A DNA stretch of 31,318 nt from Pseudomonadota bacterium (GCA_043820105.1 JBDREC010000019.1:62001-93318), one strand, 5' to 3'. Shown: positions 8,920-18,763, counted from the stretch's first letter. Numbers and translations: made by a program. Notes: generated by a model from the sequence alone, not told the origin.

Positions 8920-8986
8920 AGATCTTCATTCTTCTTTCAAAGATCAACGCCCCCAAATCGTCAGAATGCTCTACAAAATGAGCTAA
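8912..8986 (+). pseudogene. Probable C-terminal helix of a four-helix-bundle gene, on the opposite strand
   Basis: The plus strand reads ISKDLHSSFKDQRPQIVRMLYKMS-TAA, resembling the family's terminal I..ML..L helix, and is followed by TTAATC-type repeats. Confidence 0.55.
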
Positions 8987-9022
8987 TCACTTTTATCTTA
9001 ATCTTAATTCTTAATCATAATC
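8984..9022 (+). repeat. Degenerate hexamer tandem repeat (TTAATC)n
   Basis: taatc ac ttttatc ttaatc ttaattc ttaatc ataatc. Confidence 0.6.
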
Positions 9023-9180
9023 CCTACGGGTCAATATGTAGAAATATTTATTTCATATTAAATATCATGGAATAGATAGAACAGTGTTTTATATTTTTAT
9101 AAAAATTATTCTTTATGGGTACTCAAATTGGAGATAAACCAAATGTTTAAAATCCTCTTGATGCATGTACCGTAACAAAC

Positions 9181-9229
9181 GTACTCCGTACCACTTACCA
9201 CTTACCACTTACCCCTTACCCCTTACCTC
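9181..9229. repeat. Heptamer tandem repeat, 7 units
   Basis: gtactcc gtaccac ttaccac ttaccac ttacccc ttacccc ttacctc. The last unit contains the stop codon of the ligase gene. Confidence 0.85.
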
Positions 9230-10926
9230 TGCACCCTCTTCAAAAGCCACTTCGCCCCTTCATGCCTCGGCCAAACATCTAAAATTTGCTGACATTGAAA
9301 AATGGCTTTTTGCTTTTTGCCCTTCAAGGCCAGCAATCTGGCAAGCTCAAAGCGAGCTTCATAAAAATTTGGCGAACCCTTGACTGCATTTTCAAGCACC
9401 CTTATCGCTTTAGGAAAATCATATTTCCGCAGAAACCTGGCATAATACATAGACAAGCGATAATAATCAGGGCTGAATTTATAGGCAAGCTCATATCTTG
9501 CAAGCTTAACCTGGTCATCTGTCGCATTTCTGGCAGTTGTAGTTAAATAAGAAACAGCTGAAACTTTAAAAAGATAAAAGGCTGCAAGTAAGGCAAATAA
9601 GATAAACCCGAACTTTAATAAATTTAGTTCTTTATGATAAACATATTCCTTATTCTCATAGTGCTTATGAAAAACAATAGCCACAAAACTCCAGAAAATA
9701 ATTGAAGCCGTTGGCCTGGCAAGCGGATAAGTAAAAGTCGCCACAAACATGAAGCTAGCCATTGTGCCTAAGACTATTGATTGCCACAATCGATCACGTC
9801 CAAGAATGTAAGATTTGATAGAAATAAATAAAATAAAAATCAAAAGTCCCATAAAACCGATAAATGAAATAATTCCACCCTCACAAAGGATTTCGATATA
9901 CAGATTGTGGGGATTGTCGGGTCTATAAATGCTTCGGGACTCCAAATCTGGAGCCTTGCTCATATGATAGAGGGGATAAATTATTCTAAATTGACCCGCA
10001 CCAATGCCATTTACATTTTCTTGAGCTAAATATATAGAATTAATCCAACGATATCTTCTCCAACCCATGGCTTTTTTAAATTTTGTGATTACCTTGTTTT
10101 GATTTATATAATATTGTTGGTACTCACTGTCATTTTTAGGATAAAAATAACTTAAATATGAAATTCCAATAAAAAAGATTAATATCAACAATTTTGAAAT
10201 AAATATCATTACTTTTTTCTTACTAATTTCACGTAGAAACTTAGAAAAATTAGAAAAAACAAAAAGTAAAACCAGAATTATACTTCCAAGTGTCAAACCA
10301 TATATCCCTGCCCTAGTATGTGATACAATAGAAGAGGAAAAAGTTAAGGAAAATATTACCCAATAAAAAAGGGAACTAAAATGATTTTTTTTATATATAG
10401 ACATTCCAAGAGACAATGGAGCGACCAGACAAACCACATGTCCAACCACAGATTTGTAAGCATAAGTTCCACTTGGAAAAGCAGCATTTCCAATAAAGTT
10501 TAAAATTTCAAATCCATAGGCATTTATTATTATGATCAATGAAGGAATTAATTGCCCAATGCAAATAAAATGCAGATATTTAAATGAATCTTCTTTTTTT
10601 TGAACAGGCAAGATAAGGCATAAAATAGCATTGGCAAAAAACAAACCTTGAAATAAAAATAGCCTATGCAAATTTTGAGCAAACTGAGAAGAAAAAATAT
10701 ATCCCAAAATATATAACAAAATAAATATATTAGGATAAAAATAAAATTTTGTTTTTCTTTTAAAACCGAATAAGATTAGCCCCAGCAATGATACAGAATA
10801 AATTAATAGCTTAAAATCAACATTGGGGTGATCAAAATTAGGAGAACAAGTTAAAGGAATAATAAGATAAAGTACAATTAAAATAAAAAATAAATAAAAA
10901 TCATTCTTAAGTCTAAAATTCATCAT
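9223..10926 (-). CDS. O-antigen ligase / O-oligosaccharyltransferase family (Wzy_C) membrane protein with a C-terminal TPR-like region
   Basis: About 12 hydrophobic segments, SHTRAG, R..RW, GIGAGQF, PHNLYIEILCEGG, and a TPR-like tail (AIRVLENAVKGSPNFYEARFELARLL). Confidence 0.85.
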   Translation of the reverse strand: MMNFRLKNDFYLFFILIVLYLIIPLTCSPNFDHPNVDFKLLIYSVSLLGLILFGFKRKTKFYFYPNIFILLYILGYIFSSQFAQNLHRLFLFQGLFFANAILCLILPVQKKEDSFKYLHFICIGQLIPSLIIIINAYGFEILNFIGNAAFPSGTYAYKSVVGHVVCLVAPLSLGMSIYKKNHFSSLFYWVIFSLTFSSSIVSHTRAGIYGLTLGSIILVLLFVFSNFSKFLREISKKKVMIFISKLLILIFFIGISYLSYFYPKNDSEYQQYYINQNKVITKFKKAMGWRRYRWINSIYLAQENVNGIGAGQFRIIYPLYHMSKAPDLESRSIYRPDNPHNLYIEILCEGGIISFIGFMGLLIFILFISIKSYILGRDRLWQSIVLGTMASFMFVATFTYPLARPTASIIFWSFVAIVFHKHYENKEYVYHKELNLLKFGFILFALLAAFYLFKVSAVSYLTTTARNATDDQVKLARYELAYKFSPDYYRLSMYYARFLRKYDFPKAIRVLENAVKGSPNFYEARFELARLLALKGKKQKAIFQCQQILDVWPRHEGAKWLLKRVQR

Positions 10927-10954
10927 TCATTCTAATATTATTTTTTTTTAAAAT

Positions 10955-10971
10955 AAATCAAGGCTTGATTT
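10955..10971. promoter_or_regulatory. Palindrome AAATCAAG-G-CTTGATTT; probable back-to-back -35 boxes or an operator between divergent genes
   Basis: 8-bp arms in the 94-bp gap between the ligase gene and rmlA. Confidence 0.4.
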
Positions 10972-11020
10972 TAAATAATATTAGTTTTATCAAATATCTT
11001 TTTATAATTTGGAGATCTAA

Positions 11021-11896
11021 ATGAAAGGAATAATCTTAGCAGGTGGTAGTGGCACACGACTTTACCCCATTACAAAAATAATTACAAAGCAGCTCTTACC
11101 AATTTATGATAAACCAATGATTTACTATCCTCTTTCAGTATTAATGCTAGCTGAAGTTAAAGATATTCTTATCATTTCTACACCCACGGATCTTCCAAAA
11201 TACAAAGAACTTCTCGAAGACGGCTCAAAACTTGGAATAAGCCTAAGCTATGCTGAGCAAGCCGCCCCAAATGGACTCGCTGAAGCCTTTATTATTGGTG
11301 ATAAATTTATTGGAAATGATACAGCTTGCCTTGTTCTTGGAGATAATATTTTTTATGGACATGGTTTAACAGGAAAACTAAAATCAGCAAGAAAACAAGT
11401 TGAAGAAGCTGGCGGTTCTGTTGTTTTTGGATATTATGTAAATGACCCTGAAAGATATGGTGTTGTAGACTTTGATAGTGAAGGAAAAGCCCTGTCAATT
11501 GAAGAAAAACCCAAAGCACCAAAATCCAATTACGCAGTAACTGGGCTTTATTTTTATGACAATAAAGTAATAGAAATTGCAAAAAATCTAAAACCTTCTC
11601 CCAGAGGTGAATTAGAGATCACGGATGTAAATAAAAAATACTTAGAGAACGATAAACTAAAAGTTGAAATGCTAAGTCGTGGCTATGCCTGGCTTGATAC
11701 AGGGACCTTTGAAAGCCTAATTGAAGCAGGTGAGTTTATAGCAGCCATTGAAAAAAGGCAGGGACAGAAGATTGCCTGTATTGAAGAAATAGCATATAAC
11801 AATAACTGGATTGGACGAGAAGAACTTGCGAATATCGCGGAACCACTAAAAAAGAGCGGCTACGGAAATTACTTAGAAAAATTATTAAAGGATTAG
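11021..11896 (+). CDS. rfbA: Glucose-1-phosphate thymidylyltransferase
   Basis: [41 protein letters not shown] and WLDTGT; GGAG RBS. Confidence 0.97.
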   Translation: MKGIILAGGSGTRLYPITKIITKQLLPIYDKPMIYYPLSVLMLAEVKDILIISTPTDLPKYKELLEDGSKLGISLSYAEQAAPNGLAEAFIIGDKFIGNDTACLVLGDNIFYGHGLTGKLKSARKQVEEAGGSVVFGYYVNDPERYGVVDFDSEGKALSIEEKPKAPKSNYAVTGLYFYDNKVIEIAKNLKPSPRGELEITDVNKKYLENDKLKVEMLSRGYAWLDTGTFESLIEAGEFIAAIEKRQGQKIACIEEIAYNNNWIGREELANIAEPLKKSGYGNYLEKLLKD

Positions 11897-11898
11897 AT

Positions 11899-12447
11899 AT
11901 GCATTTTAAAATCGAAAAACTTGATATTCCAGAAGTTTTATTAATTAAACCTGAGGTTTTTGGAGACGAACGAGGCTTTTTTATTGAAACATACAGAGAA
12001 TCAGAGTTCAAAGAAGCCGGGGTTGACTTTAGATTTGTTCAGGACAATCATTCAAAATCCAAAAAAGGTGTTTTAAGAGGAATTCATTATCAATTAAACC
12101 CAAAAGCTCAAGGCAAACTTGTAAGAGTTATTAAAGGCTCTTTGTTTGATGTTGCCGTTGATTTAAGAAAAGATTCTAAAACCTTTGGAAAATGGGTTTC
12201 TTCAGTTTTATCATATGAAAATAACCACATGCTCTGGATTCCACCTGGATTCGGTCATGGTTTTTGTGTACTGGAAGATGAAACTGAATTTCTGTATAAA
12301 GTTACTGAAGAATGGGATAAAGATCTTGATAAAGGAATAATTTGGAATGATTCTAACATAAACATTAAGTGGCCTTTAGATAATCCCCAATTATCCCAAA
12401 GAGACCAAAATCTTCCAAGCCTAGAAAAAGCTGAAATTAATTTTTAA
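11899..12447 (+). CDS. rfbC: dTDP-4-dehydrorhamnose 3,5-epimerase
   Basis: GDERGFF, FVQDNHSKS, GVLRGIHYQ, DVAVDLR and IPPGFGHGF. Confidence 0.97.
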   Translation: MHFKIEKLDIPEVLLIKPEVFGDERGFFIETYRESEFKEAGVDFRFVQDNHSKSKKGVLRGIHYQLNPKAQGKLVRVIKGSLFDVAVDLRKDSKTFGKWVSSVLSYENNHMLWIPPGFGHGFCVLEDETEFLYKVTEEWDKDLDKGIIWNDSNINIKWPLDNPQLSQRDQNLPSLEKAEINF

Positions 12448-12465
12448 GACTTGTTTTCAAAACAC

Positions 12466-13311
12466 CTAGCTCAAATAATCCGTTAAAGCATCTTTCCAAT
12501 CTCTCATAACATTTAGCTTTAGGTCATTAAGATGTTTGTTTTCAAGGACAGAATAAGCAGGTCGCTTAATATTAGCAGAAAACTCTTTGGCTTTCACTGG
12601 TATAAGTTTAATATCTATTCCCTTGATATTAAAAATTTCTTTAGCAAATTCAAACCATGAACACTCACCATTATTGGTGGCATGATAAATCCCTGACTCA
12701 GGTTTGCTGTAAATAATTTTTTTAATTTGCCTGGCTAAATCTAATGCAAAAGTTGGTGTTAAAATTTCATCACAAACAACTTTAAGTTCGTCTTTTTGGC
12801 TTGAAAGTTGTAGCATTGTTTCAGCAAAATTATACTTTTTAGTTAAATTAGGATAAATGCCGTAAAGACCCGAGGTCCTAAGAATGCAAAACTCATCACA
12901 AATCGCTTGAACAAAGTTTTCACCAGCTAATTTTGAAACCCCATACACATTTAGGGGCATGGTAATATCCGTTTCAATGTAAGGTAAATTCTTCACACCA
13001 TCAAAAACATAATCAGTGCTCACATGAATAAGGCAAGCGCCCATTTCTTGAGATATTTGAGATAGATTTCTCACACCAATAGCATTCACTAAAAAAGCTA
13101 AATCAGGTTCAATTTCAGAATTATTAACATTAGTATAAGCTGAACAGTTAATAATAAATTCATATTTTTTGTCACAAAAAGCTTTTTTCAAATTTCCAGG
13201 TTTTGTAATATCAATTTCAGGATAATCAAAAAGATCCAAGTCTGATCCTTGAAAAACATCATTAACAGTTTTTCCAAGTTGACCATTTGACCCAATTAGA
13301 GCTATTTTCAA
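12466..13311 (-). CDS. rfbD: dTDP-4-dehydrorhamnose reductase
   Basis: GSNGQLG, HVSTDYVFDG, YGVSKLAGE and RPAYSVL; TTG start after AGGTG. Confidence 0.95.
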   Translation of the reverse strand: MKIALIGSNGQLGKTVNDVFQGSDLDLFDYPEIDITKPGNLKKAFCDKKYEFIINCSAYTNVNNSEIEPDLAFLVNAIGVRNLSQISQEMGACLIHVSTDYVFDGVKNLPYIETDITMPLNVYGVSKLAGENFVQAICDEFCILRTSGLYGIYPNLTKKYNFAETMLQLSSQKDELKVVCDEILTPTFALDLARQIKKIIYSKPESGIYHATNNGECSWFEFAKEIFNIKGIDIKLIPVKAKEFSANIKRPAYSVLENKHLNDLKLNVMRDWKDALTDYLS

Positions 13312-13319
13312 AATATCAC

Positions 13320-14420
13320 CTATCTTCCTTTATACATTTGCTCATAATAAGTAAGGTATTCTTTGTTCATAATATTATTGATCCATTCTTCATTGGATAA
13401 ATACCAGTCAATCGTTTTGTTTATGCCAGTTTCAAAATTATATTTAGCCTTCCAGCCCAATTCATTTTCAATTTTTGTTGAATCAATGGCATATCTTAAG
13501 TCATGACCTGGCCTATCTTTGACAAAAGTAATCAAATTAAAAAGTTTTCCTTCATTTTTCAATTTGTTTAATTCTCTTAATTTTGGAAATTTTTCAGCTC
13601 TTTCATCACAAGATAATTTTTCAAGCAAAATTTTGACAATATCTATGTTTTTAAGTTCAACTGATGATCCTATATTATAAACTTCACCTTTTTTTCCTTT
13701 GTGTAAAACAGTCTCAATACCTTCACTGTGATCATCCACATATATCCACTCTCTAACATTTATTCCTTCCCCATAAACAGGCAAAGATTTAAGATTAACA
13801 GCATTGTTAATCATTAAAGGTAAAAGTTTCTCTGGAAACTGACGAGGCCCATAATTATTACAACATCTAGTAATTAGGCATTCCATTTTGTGAGTTTCTA
13901 TATAAGATCTTATCAACAGATCAGCCGATGCTTTACTAGCAGAATAAGGAGAATTTGGAGCAATCGGTGTAGTTTCTAGAAATTTACCTTCATCACCCAA
14001 GGATCCATAAACTTCATCCGTTGAAACTTGAACAAAACGTCCAACTTCATATTTCCTTGATAAATCAAGCAATACTTGTGTGCCCATTATATTTGTTCTT
14101 AAAAATGGCTCAGAGCTTAAAATAGACCTATCAACATGAGATTCTGCTGCAAAATTCACAACATAATCAATTTTAAAATCTTTAAAAATAGGTTCAACTT
14201 CATCCCATTTAGCGATATCGCCTTTAATAAAATAATAGCGTTTATTATCGCCAGATTTGCCATAAGTAACTACAACATCATCAAGATTATGCAAATTTCC
14301 TGCATATGTTAAGTCATCCAAATTAAGAACTGTATATTCAGGATATTTTTTTAAGATAATTTCAATAAAAGAGCTTCCAATAAATCCTGCTCCACCTGTA
14401 ATAAGTATTGTTTTTTGCAT
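13320..14420 (-). CDS. rfbB: dTDP-glucose 4,6-dehydratase, copy 2
   Basis: Same motifs and same 366-aa length as copy 1 when started at ATG 14420 (AGGA RBS). Confidence 0.96.
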   Translation of the reverse strand: MQKTILITGGAGFIGSSFIEIILKKYPEYTVLNLDDLTYAGNLHNLDDVVVTYGKSGDNKRYYFIKGDIAKWDEVEPIFKDFKIDYVVNFAAESHVDRSILSSEPFLRTNIMGTQVLLDLSRKYEVGRFVQVSTDEVYGSLGDEGKFLETTPIAPNSPYSASKASADLLIRSYIETHKMECLITRCCNNYGPRQFPEKLLPLMINNAVNLKSLPVYGEGINVREWIYVDDHSEGIETVLHKGKKGEVYNIGSSVELKNIDIVKILLEKLSCDERAEKFPKLRELNKLKNEGKLFNLITFVKDRPGHDLRYAIDSTKIENELGWKAKYNFETGINKTIDWYLSNEEWINNIMNKEYLTYYEQMYKGR

Positions 14421-14552
14421 GACTACTTTCCTATTATAATAATATTGAGCCAATTAATAATTCATATTTTTTATAAATCAACATATTTTACCTTGTAAAA
14501 TAAAATATTATCCTCTAATAATCCCCTTTTAAAATATTTAAAAGACAAAAAG

Positions 14553-15404
14553 ATGAAAGTAAGTATAATTATCCCAACTCTTAATGCAGAATTTTTTTTA
14601 AAACAATTATTATTATCTCTAAATAATCAAACACTTAAACCTTTAGAAATAATTATTATTGATTCTGAATCTGATGACAATACAGTTCAAATTGCAAAGG
14701 ATTTAGCTTGTAAAGTAATTCAAATTCTTAGAAAAGATTTTAACCATGGTAAAACGAGAAATTTAGCAGCAAAAAGCGCAAAAGGAGATATAATCTCTTT
14801 CATAACACAAGATGCATTACCTGAGAACATTGAATATTTACAAAACCTAGTTCAAAATATTGGAAAAAATAATGTCGCAGTTTCTTATGGCAAACAGGTG
14901 GCAAAAAAAGATGCTTCAGAAATCGAGAAATTTTATCGCTCATTCAATTATCCCGATAAAGCACTTATAAAAGACAAAACAATGATACCTCAATTGGGAG
15001 TAAAAACATTTTTCTTGTCAAATGTTTGTTCTGCCTATGAAAAAAATATTTTTTGGGAACTTGGCGGTTTTCCTGAAAATACTCCAACAAATGAAGATAT
15101 GTTCTTTACCTTTAAAGCTATAATGAAAGATAAAAAGATTTCCTATGAACCAAAAGCAAGAGCAATTCACTCTCATCCTTTTTCACTTAAAGAAACTTAT
15201 AATAGATATTATAAAATAGGAATTTTCTTTAAAAAATATCCTGAAATAAATAAATATTCAAGCAATGAAAAAGAAGGGAAAAAGCTTTTATTTAATTTAC
15301 TAAAACATCTTATATCAAAATTCAGATTTCATTTAATCCCTTTGGCAATGATAGAGATTTTTGTTAAATATTATAGCTATAAAAAAGGATATGCCAGGAA
15401 TTAA
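14553..15404 (+). CDS. GT2 glycosyltransferase, RfbN-like rhamnosyltransferase
   Basis: VSIIIPTLN, IDSESDD, FNHGKTRNLAA, FITQDALP, LGVKTFFLSNVCSAY, NEDM and HSH. Confidence 0.8.
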   Translation: MKVSIIIPTLNAEFFLKQLLLSLNNQTLKPLEIIIIDSESDDNTVQIAKDLACKVIQILRKDFNHGKTRNLAAKSAKGDIISFITQDALPENIEYLQNLVQNIGKNNVAVSYGKQVAKKDASEIEKFYRSFNYPDKALIKDKTMIPQLGVKTFFLSNVCSAYEKNIFWELGGFPENTPTNEDMFFTFKAIMKDKKISYEPKARAIHSHPFSLKETYNRYYKIGIFFKKYPEINKYSSNEKEGKKLLFNLLKHLISKFRFHLIPLAMIEIFVKYYSYKKGYARN

Positions 15405-15417
15405 AGTTTAAAATATA

Positions 15418-16614
15418 TTATACCCTTTTATATTCATTATAGTAGGATTTAATAAACTCCAGGGAAAACACAAAGATTATACTTAGAAAAATCGCCATAA
15501 AAGTTGATACCATTACAATGAGTTTTCTTCTAGGACTAGATTTAACACTAGGCTTTACTGCTCTATCTACTATTGTTATTGTGGGCAAATTCTTTAGTTC
15601 TTTAATTTTTGCTAATTCATATTGTTCTGTTAAGAGTTCGAAAATAGTTTCTTGAATTTCAAACTCTCTCTTCAGCCTTAAAAACTCTAAGCCAAGCTGC
15701 GGAGATTCATCGAGGGGAAGAAGATAAGATGAATTATCATGTTTTACTTTTTGTAAACCTGTATCTTTAGTATTATTTTTATACTCACCATTTATATTTT
15801 CACCAGTTGAAATTTCTTTGATTTGTTTTTTTATCTCATTAATAGTGTACTTTAATGTCACAATTTCTTCATCATCTGCTGATTTAAACTTACTCTTAAC
15901 TCCAAACTGTGTTTCAGCTTGGGCAAGATCATTGTGAAGATTTGTTATAACTGCTACAGATGACGAAATTTGATTTTCAATCCCAATTACTTTATTTTTT
16001 ATTTGAAATTCCTTTAACGTTTCTTCAGCATTAAAAAGCTTATTTTTTACTTCTAGCAATCGATTTCCTAAAAACACTCTTTCTTTAGATGCACCAAAAA
16101 TTGAATGTCCTATGTTTATTCTATCTAGTTTATCTCTACAATAATTAATAATGTTAGTAGCTAAAATAGGGTCCTTATACTCTATTTCAATTTTTACAAA
16201 ACCAGAATCATTTTCTTCAACCTCAAAAATTTTATTTAATTTATATCTTGCACTATCTATATTCTCAATTTCAAATTCTTTGATTAACTTAAAGTGCTTG
16301 ATAAGATCATCAAGCATGGTCCTTGATTTTATAAGACCAATAATTCTTTGGTTTCCTCCACCTTCTTTTAATTTCATAAAATTACCAGCAATGCCGCCAA
16401 GCAGAGAACTATATTGACCTCCTAAAGAAGAGTCTGAAAAAGAAGTTGATATTAAGGCATTCGATATATATTTTTTTGTCAAAACTAAGCTAATTATTGA
16501 GGATAAAATAATTACAGAAAAAACAAAAATCGCTAATTGTTTTTTATACTTTAGAATAATATCAATGTATTGTTTGATATTTATTTCTTCAAATTCATTT
16601 TTTTTCATATCCAT
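15418..16614 (-). CDS. Wzz/GumC-type polysaccharide co-polymerase (chain-length determinant), no kinase domain
   Basis: N-terminal EEINI plus a TM helix, coiled-coil periplasmic region, and C-terminal IVDRAVKPSVKSSPRR plus a TM helix. Confidence 0.88.
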   Translation of the reverse strand: MDMKKNEFEEINIKQYIDIILKYKKQLAIFVFSVIILSSIISLVLTKKYISNALISTSFSDSSLGGQYSSLLGGIAGNFMKLKEGGGNQRIIGLIKSRTMLDDLIKHFKLIKEFEIENIDSARYKLNKIFEVEENDSGFVKIEIEYKDPILATNIINYCRDKLDRINIGHSIFGASKERVFLGNRLLEVKNKLFNAEETLKEFQIKNKVIGIENQISSSVAVITNLHNDLAQAETQFGVKSKFKSADDEEIVTLKYTINEIKKQIKEISTGENINGEYKNNTKDTGLQKVKHDNSSYLLPLDESPQLGLEFLRLKREFEIQETIFELLTEQYELAKIKELKNLPTITIVDRAVKPSVKSSPRRKLIVMVSTFMAIFLSIIFVFSLEFIKSYYNEYKRV

Positions 16615-16690
16615 ATTTCATCTCACTAAAAAAGTTAATTTCGGTTTTAATAAAAAACAATTATTGCGATTAAATTCCATTTAATGTTCA

Positions 16691-17911
16691 TTATTCTTCT
16701 GATAAAGCATTTTTCCTAATAATATACTGCGATAATATAATTAATAAACTAAAATAAACTACAATATCATTATCATATCCTAAATAATGCGAATTGATCA
16801 CAATAAAAAATGGGATAAATAAAAGGCATTTGTATTTAAACATTTTTACTATTCCATTAAAAACAAAATATAGGATACTTAAATAAAAAACAAATCCCAA
16901 ATAACCCATATCTAATAATGTGTTTAAAAACACATTATGCATATTATCATTTGACCATCCAGAGTATTTGGGTATAAAAATTGATCCATATGAGATACCA
17001 TTCCCCATAATAAAATCAAGTTTATTTGAGTGTTTGAAAAAAGATAACCAAATGTCAAAACGAGCAAGCAATCCGTCATGAGCAACTCGTGAATTTGCGC
17101 TTAGATCAAGGTGCATTAATTTAAAAAAAACAAAGGCTCCAGACAAAATAGCGAATAATAGAAAAGAACCCAAAAGGTAAATTTTAATATAAATATTGTT
17201 ATATCTTGAAAGGTTAATATATAAAAATATTAGTAAAAATGCAAAAAATGCCAGTTGCGCTGTTCTTGAAAATGTATAAATTGAGTTAAATAATGCAATC
17301 ATGAGAAATATCTGCAATCTAAATTTTGTATTTTTTATTATCTTAAAAGAATATAAAGAGAAATATATTATTTCAATAAAAACAATCTTTGTTGCCCAAA
17401 TATTTTTATGCTGAATACCAAAATATATTGGCTTGGAAGAAATAATAAATGCAGCAGTTGAGTTTGAAACTCCAGTAAAAGGTAAAAGTATACTATTTGT
17501 AAGAAAAACATTTAGTAAAATTTGTATAAAAGACAAAAATATTATTAACTCTAAAAATAAGGTTATTTTTTTTGTGTTTCTATAAAGTTGATTTCTATAA
17601 TCATTGCAAAATAAGATAGTAAAAATTAAAAAGCTGAGATTAATTATAATTTTCAAAAAAACAACTAGATTTGAATATTCTCTATTTCCAAGAAAAACCG
17701 TTGTTCCCCAGAAAATTAAACAGAAAATGGCGATGATGAGATATTTATCGTTTTTTCTAATTGTTAACCTATGGGTTAAAGCCAAATAACAAAAGTAGCA
17801 AGATGAGAACAAAATAAAAAACAAAGGATAAATTGCAACAGATGAAAATGTTGAAAAAATTGTGATTAACCATAAAAGAAAAAAAAGGTTGAAAAGTTTT
17901 TCATCTTTCAT
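16691..17911 (-). CDS. Wzy polymerase / O-antigen ligase family membrane protein
   Basis: Many TM helices, TFSRTA, ARFDIW, GNG and MHNVFLNTLLDMGYLG. Lies between a GT2 gene and wzz. Start at 17911 or 17920. Confidence 0.78.
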   Translation of the reverse strand: MKDEKLFNLFFLLWLITIFSTFSSVAIYPLFFILFSSCYFCYLALTHRLTIRKNDKYLIIAIFCLIFWGTTVFLGNREYSNLVVFLKIIINLSFLIFTILFCNDYRNQLYRNTKKITLFLELIIFLSFIQILLNVFLTNSILLPFTGVSNSTAAFIISSKPIYFGIQHKNIWATKIVFIEIIYFSLYSFKIIKNTKFRLQIFLMIALFNSIYTFSRTAQLAFFAFLLIFLYINLSRYNNIYIKIYLLGSFLLFAILSGAFVFFKLMHLDLSANSRVAHDGLLARFDIWLSFFKHSNKLDFIMGNGISYGSIFIPKYSGWSNDNMHNVFLNTLLDMGYLGFVFYLSILYFVFNGIVKMFKYKCLLFIPFFIVINSHYLGYDNDIVVYFSLLIILSQYIIRKNALSEE

Positions 17912-18752
17912 AAGTTGCAAATCCTTTAATTCTTGATTTTATATATGACCATCTTTTTATAACATTCTTAAAATCAACTTTTATTAAACTGATTATTAAT
18001 TTAAGAAAATGATAAGCTACTATTGATATAAACATATTTAAGGTTAATAACCCTATATGCTTTCTACAAAAAGCTCCAAAACCTATTCCATATTTACTTA
18101 TCTTCTGTATATCTATATTATCAACACCCTGATCTGGGTGATACACAATAACATCAGGATAGTATATCAGGCGATTTTTTTCTTTTAAAAATGAGAATAT
18201 TAAATCGACATCTTCACAAGAACCGTATTTAGCTCCCACACCGAAATCTTCATCAAAAGAAAATCCAGTAATTTTGATAAAAATGGTTATCGATGAGAGG
18301 TTAGTATAAAAATTAAAGATACTAATTGCAAATTCCATTGAAGACCAATTTCTTATTATATTATTTCCATCTTTATCAACTATTTTACCAAGCAAGATGT
18401 CAATAGAGTGATCATTACAAAATTTATTAGCGACAATAGAAAGTGTGCTTGGATAATATTCACAATCATCATCAGGAAAAGCTATAATTTCACCACTTGA
18501 TATTTCTAAGCCTTTATTACGTGCGAGTGATAAACCTTTTTCTTTTATTTTAAGATGCTTAATATTTAGTTTATTCTCATACTTGCGAACTAAAGATTCT
18601 AATTGAATCTTATCATTTTGATCAACAATTATAATTTCAAATTCACTAGAATCTAATTCTTGTACAACTAAACTTTGCAAAAATCTTTCGATTTCTGCTT
18701 TTCGTCCATATGTTGCTAAGATCAGACTAAATTTAAACATAGACATAACCAT
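17901..18752 (-). CDS. Glycosyltransferase family 2
   Basis: FSLILATYGR, IIIVDQ, GLSLARNKGL, FPDDD and GSCED. The start could be 18752, 18746 or 18740. Confidence 0.9.
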   Translation of the reverse strand: MVMSMFKFSLILATYGRKAEIERFLQSLVVQELDSSEFEIIIVDQNDKIQLESLVRKYENKLNIKHLKIKEKGLSLARNKGLEISSGEIIAFPDDDCEYYPSTLSIVANKFCNDHSIDILLGKIVDKDGNNIIRNWSSMEFAISIFNFYTNLSSITIFIKITGFSFDEDFGVGAKYGSCEDVDLIFSFLKEKNRLIYYPDVIVYHPDQGVDNIDIQKISKYGIGFGAFCRKHIGLLTLNMFISIVAYHFLKLIISLIKVDFKNVIKRWSYIKSRIKGFATYER

Positions 18753-18763
18753 ATTTCATACAA

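Noticed and set aside
9181..9229. CRISPR array or telomere-like repeat
   Set aside because: 7-bp units with no spacers, no cas genes, and an internal location.
9165..9546. ORFs 9165..9383 and 9286..9546
   Set aside because: Antisense to the ligase gene; the first translates the heptamer repeat.
17879..17904. 8-T run at the start of the Wzy-like gene as a phase-variation switch (an ATG at 17904 would be in frame with 9 T)
   Set aside because: An in-frame ATG at 17911 with an upstream AAAGGA already gives an intact gene, and 8-base runs are common at this AT content. Read-level length variation would be needed.
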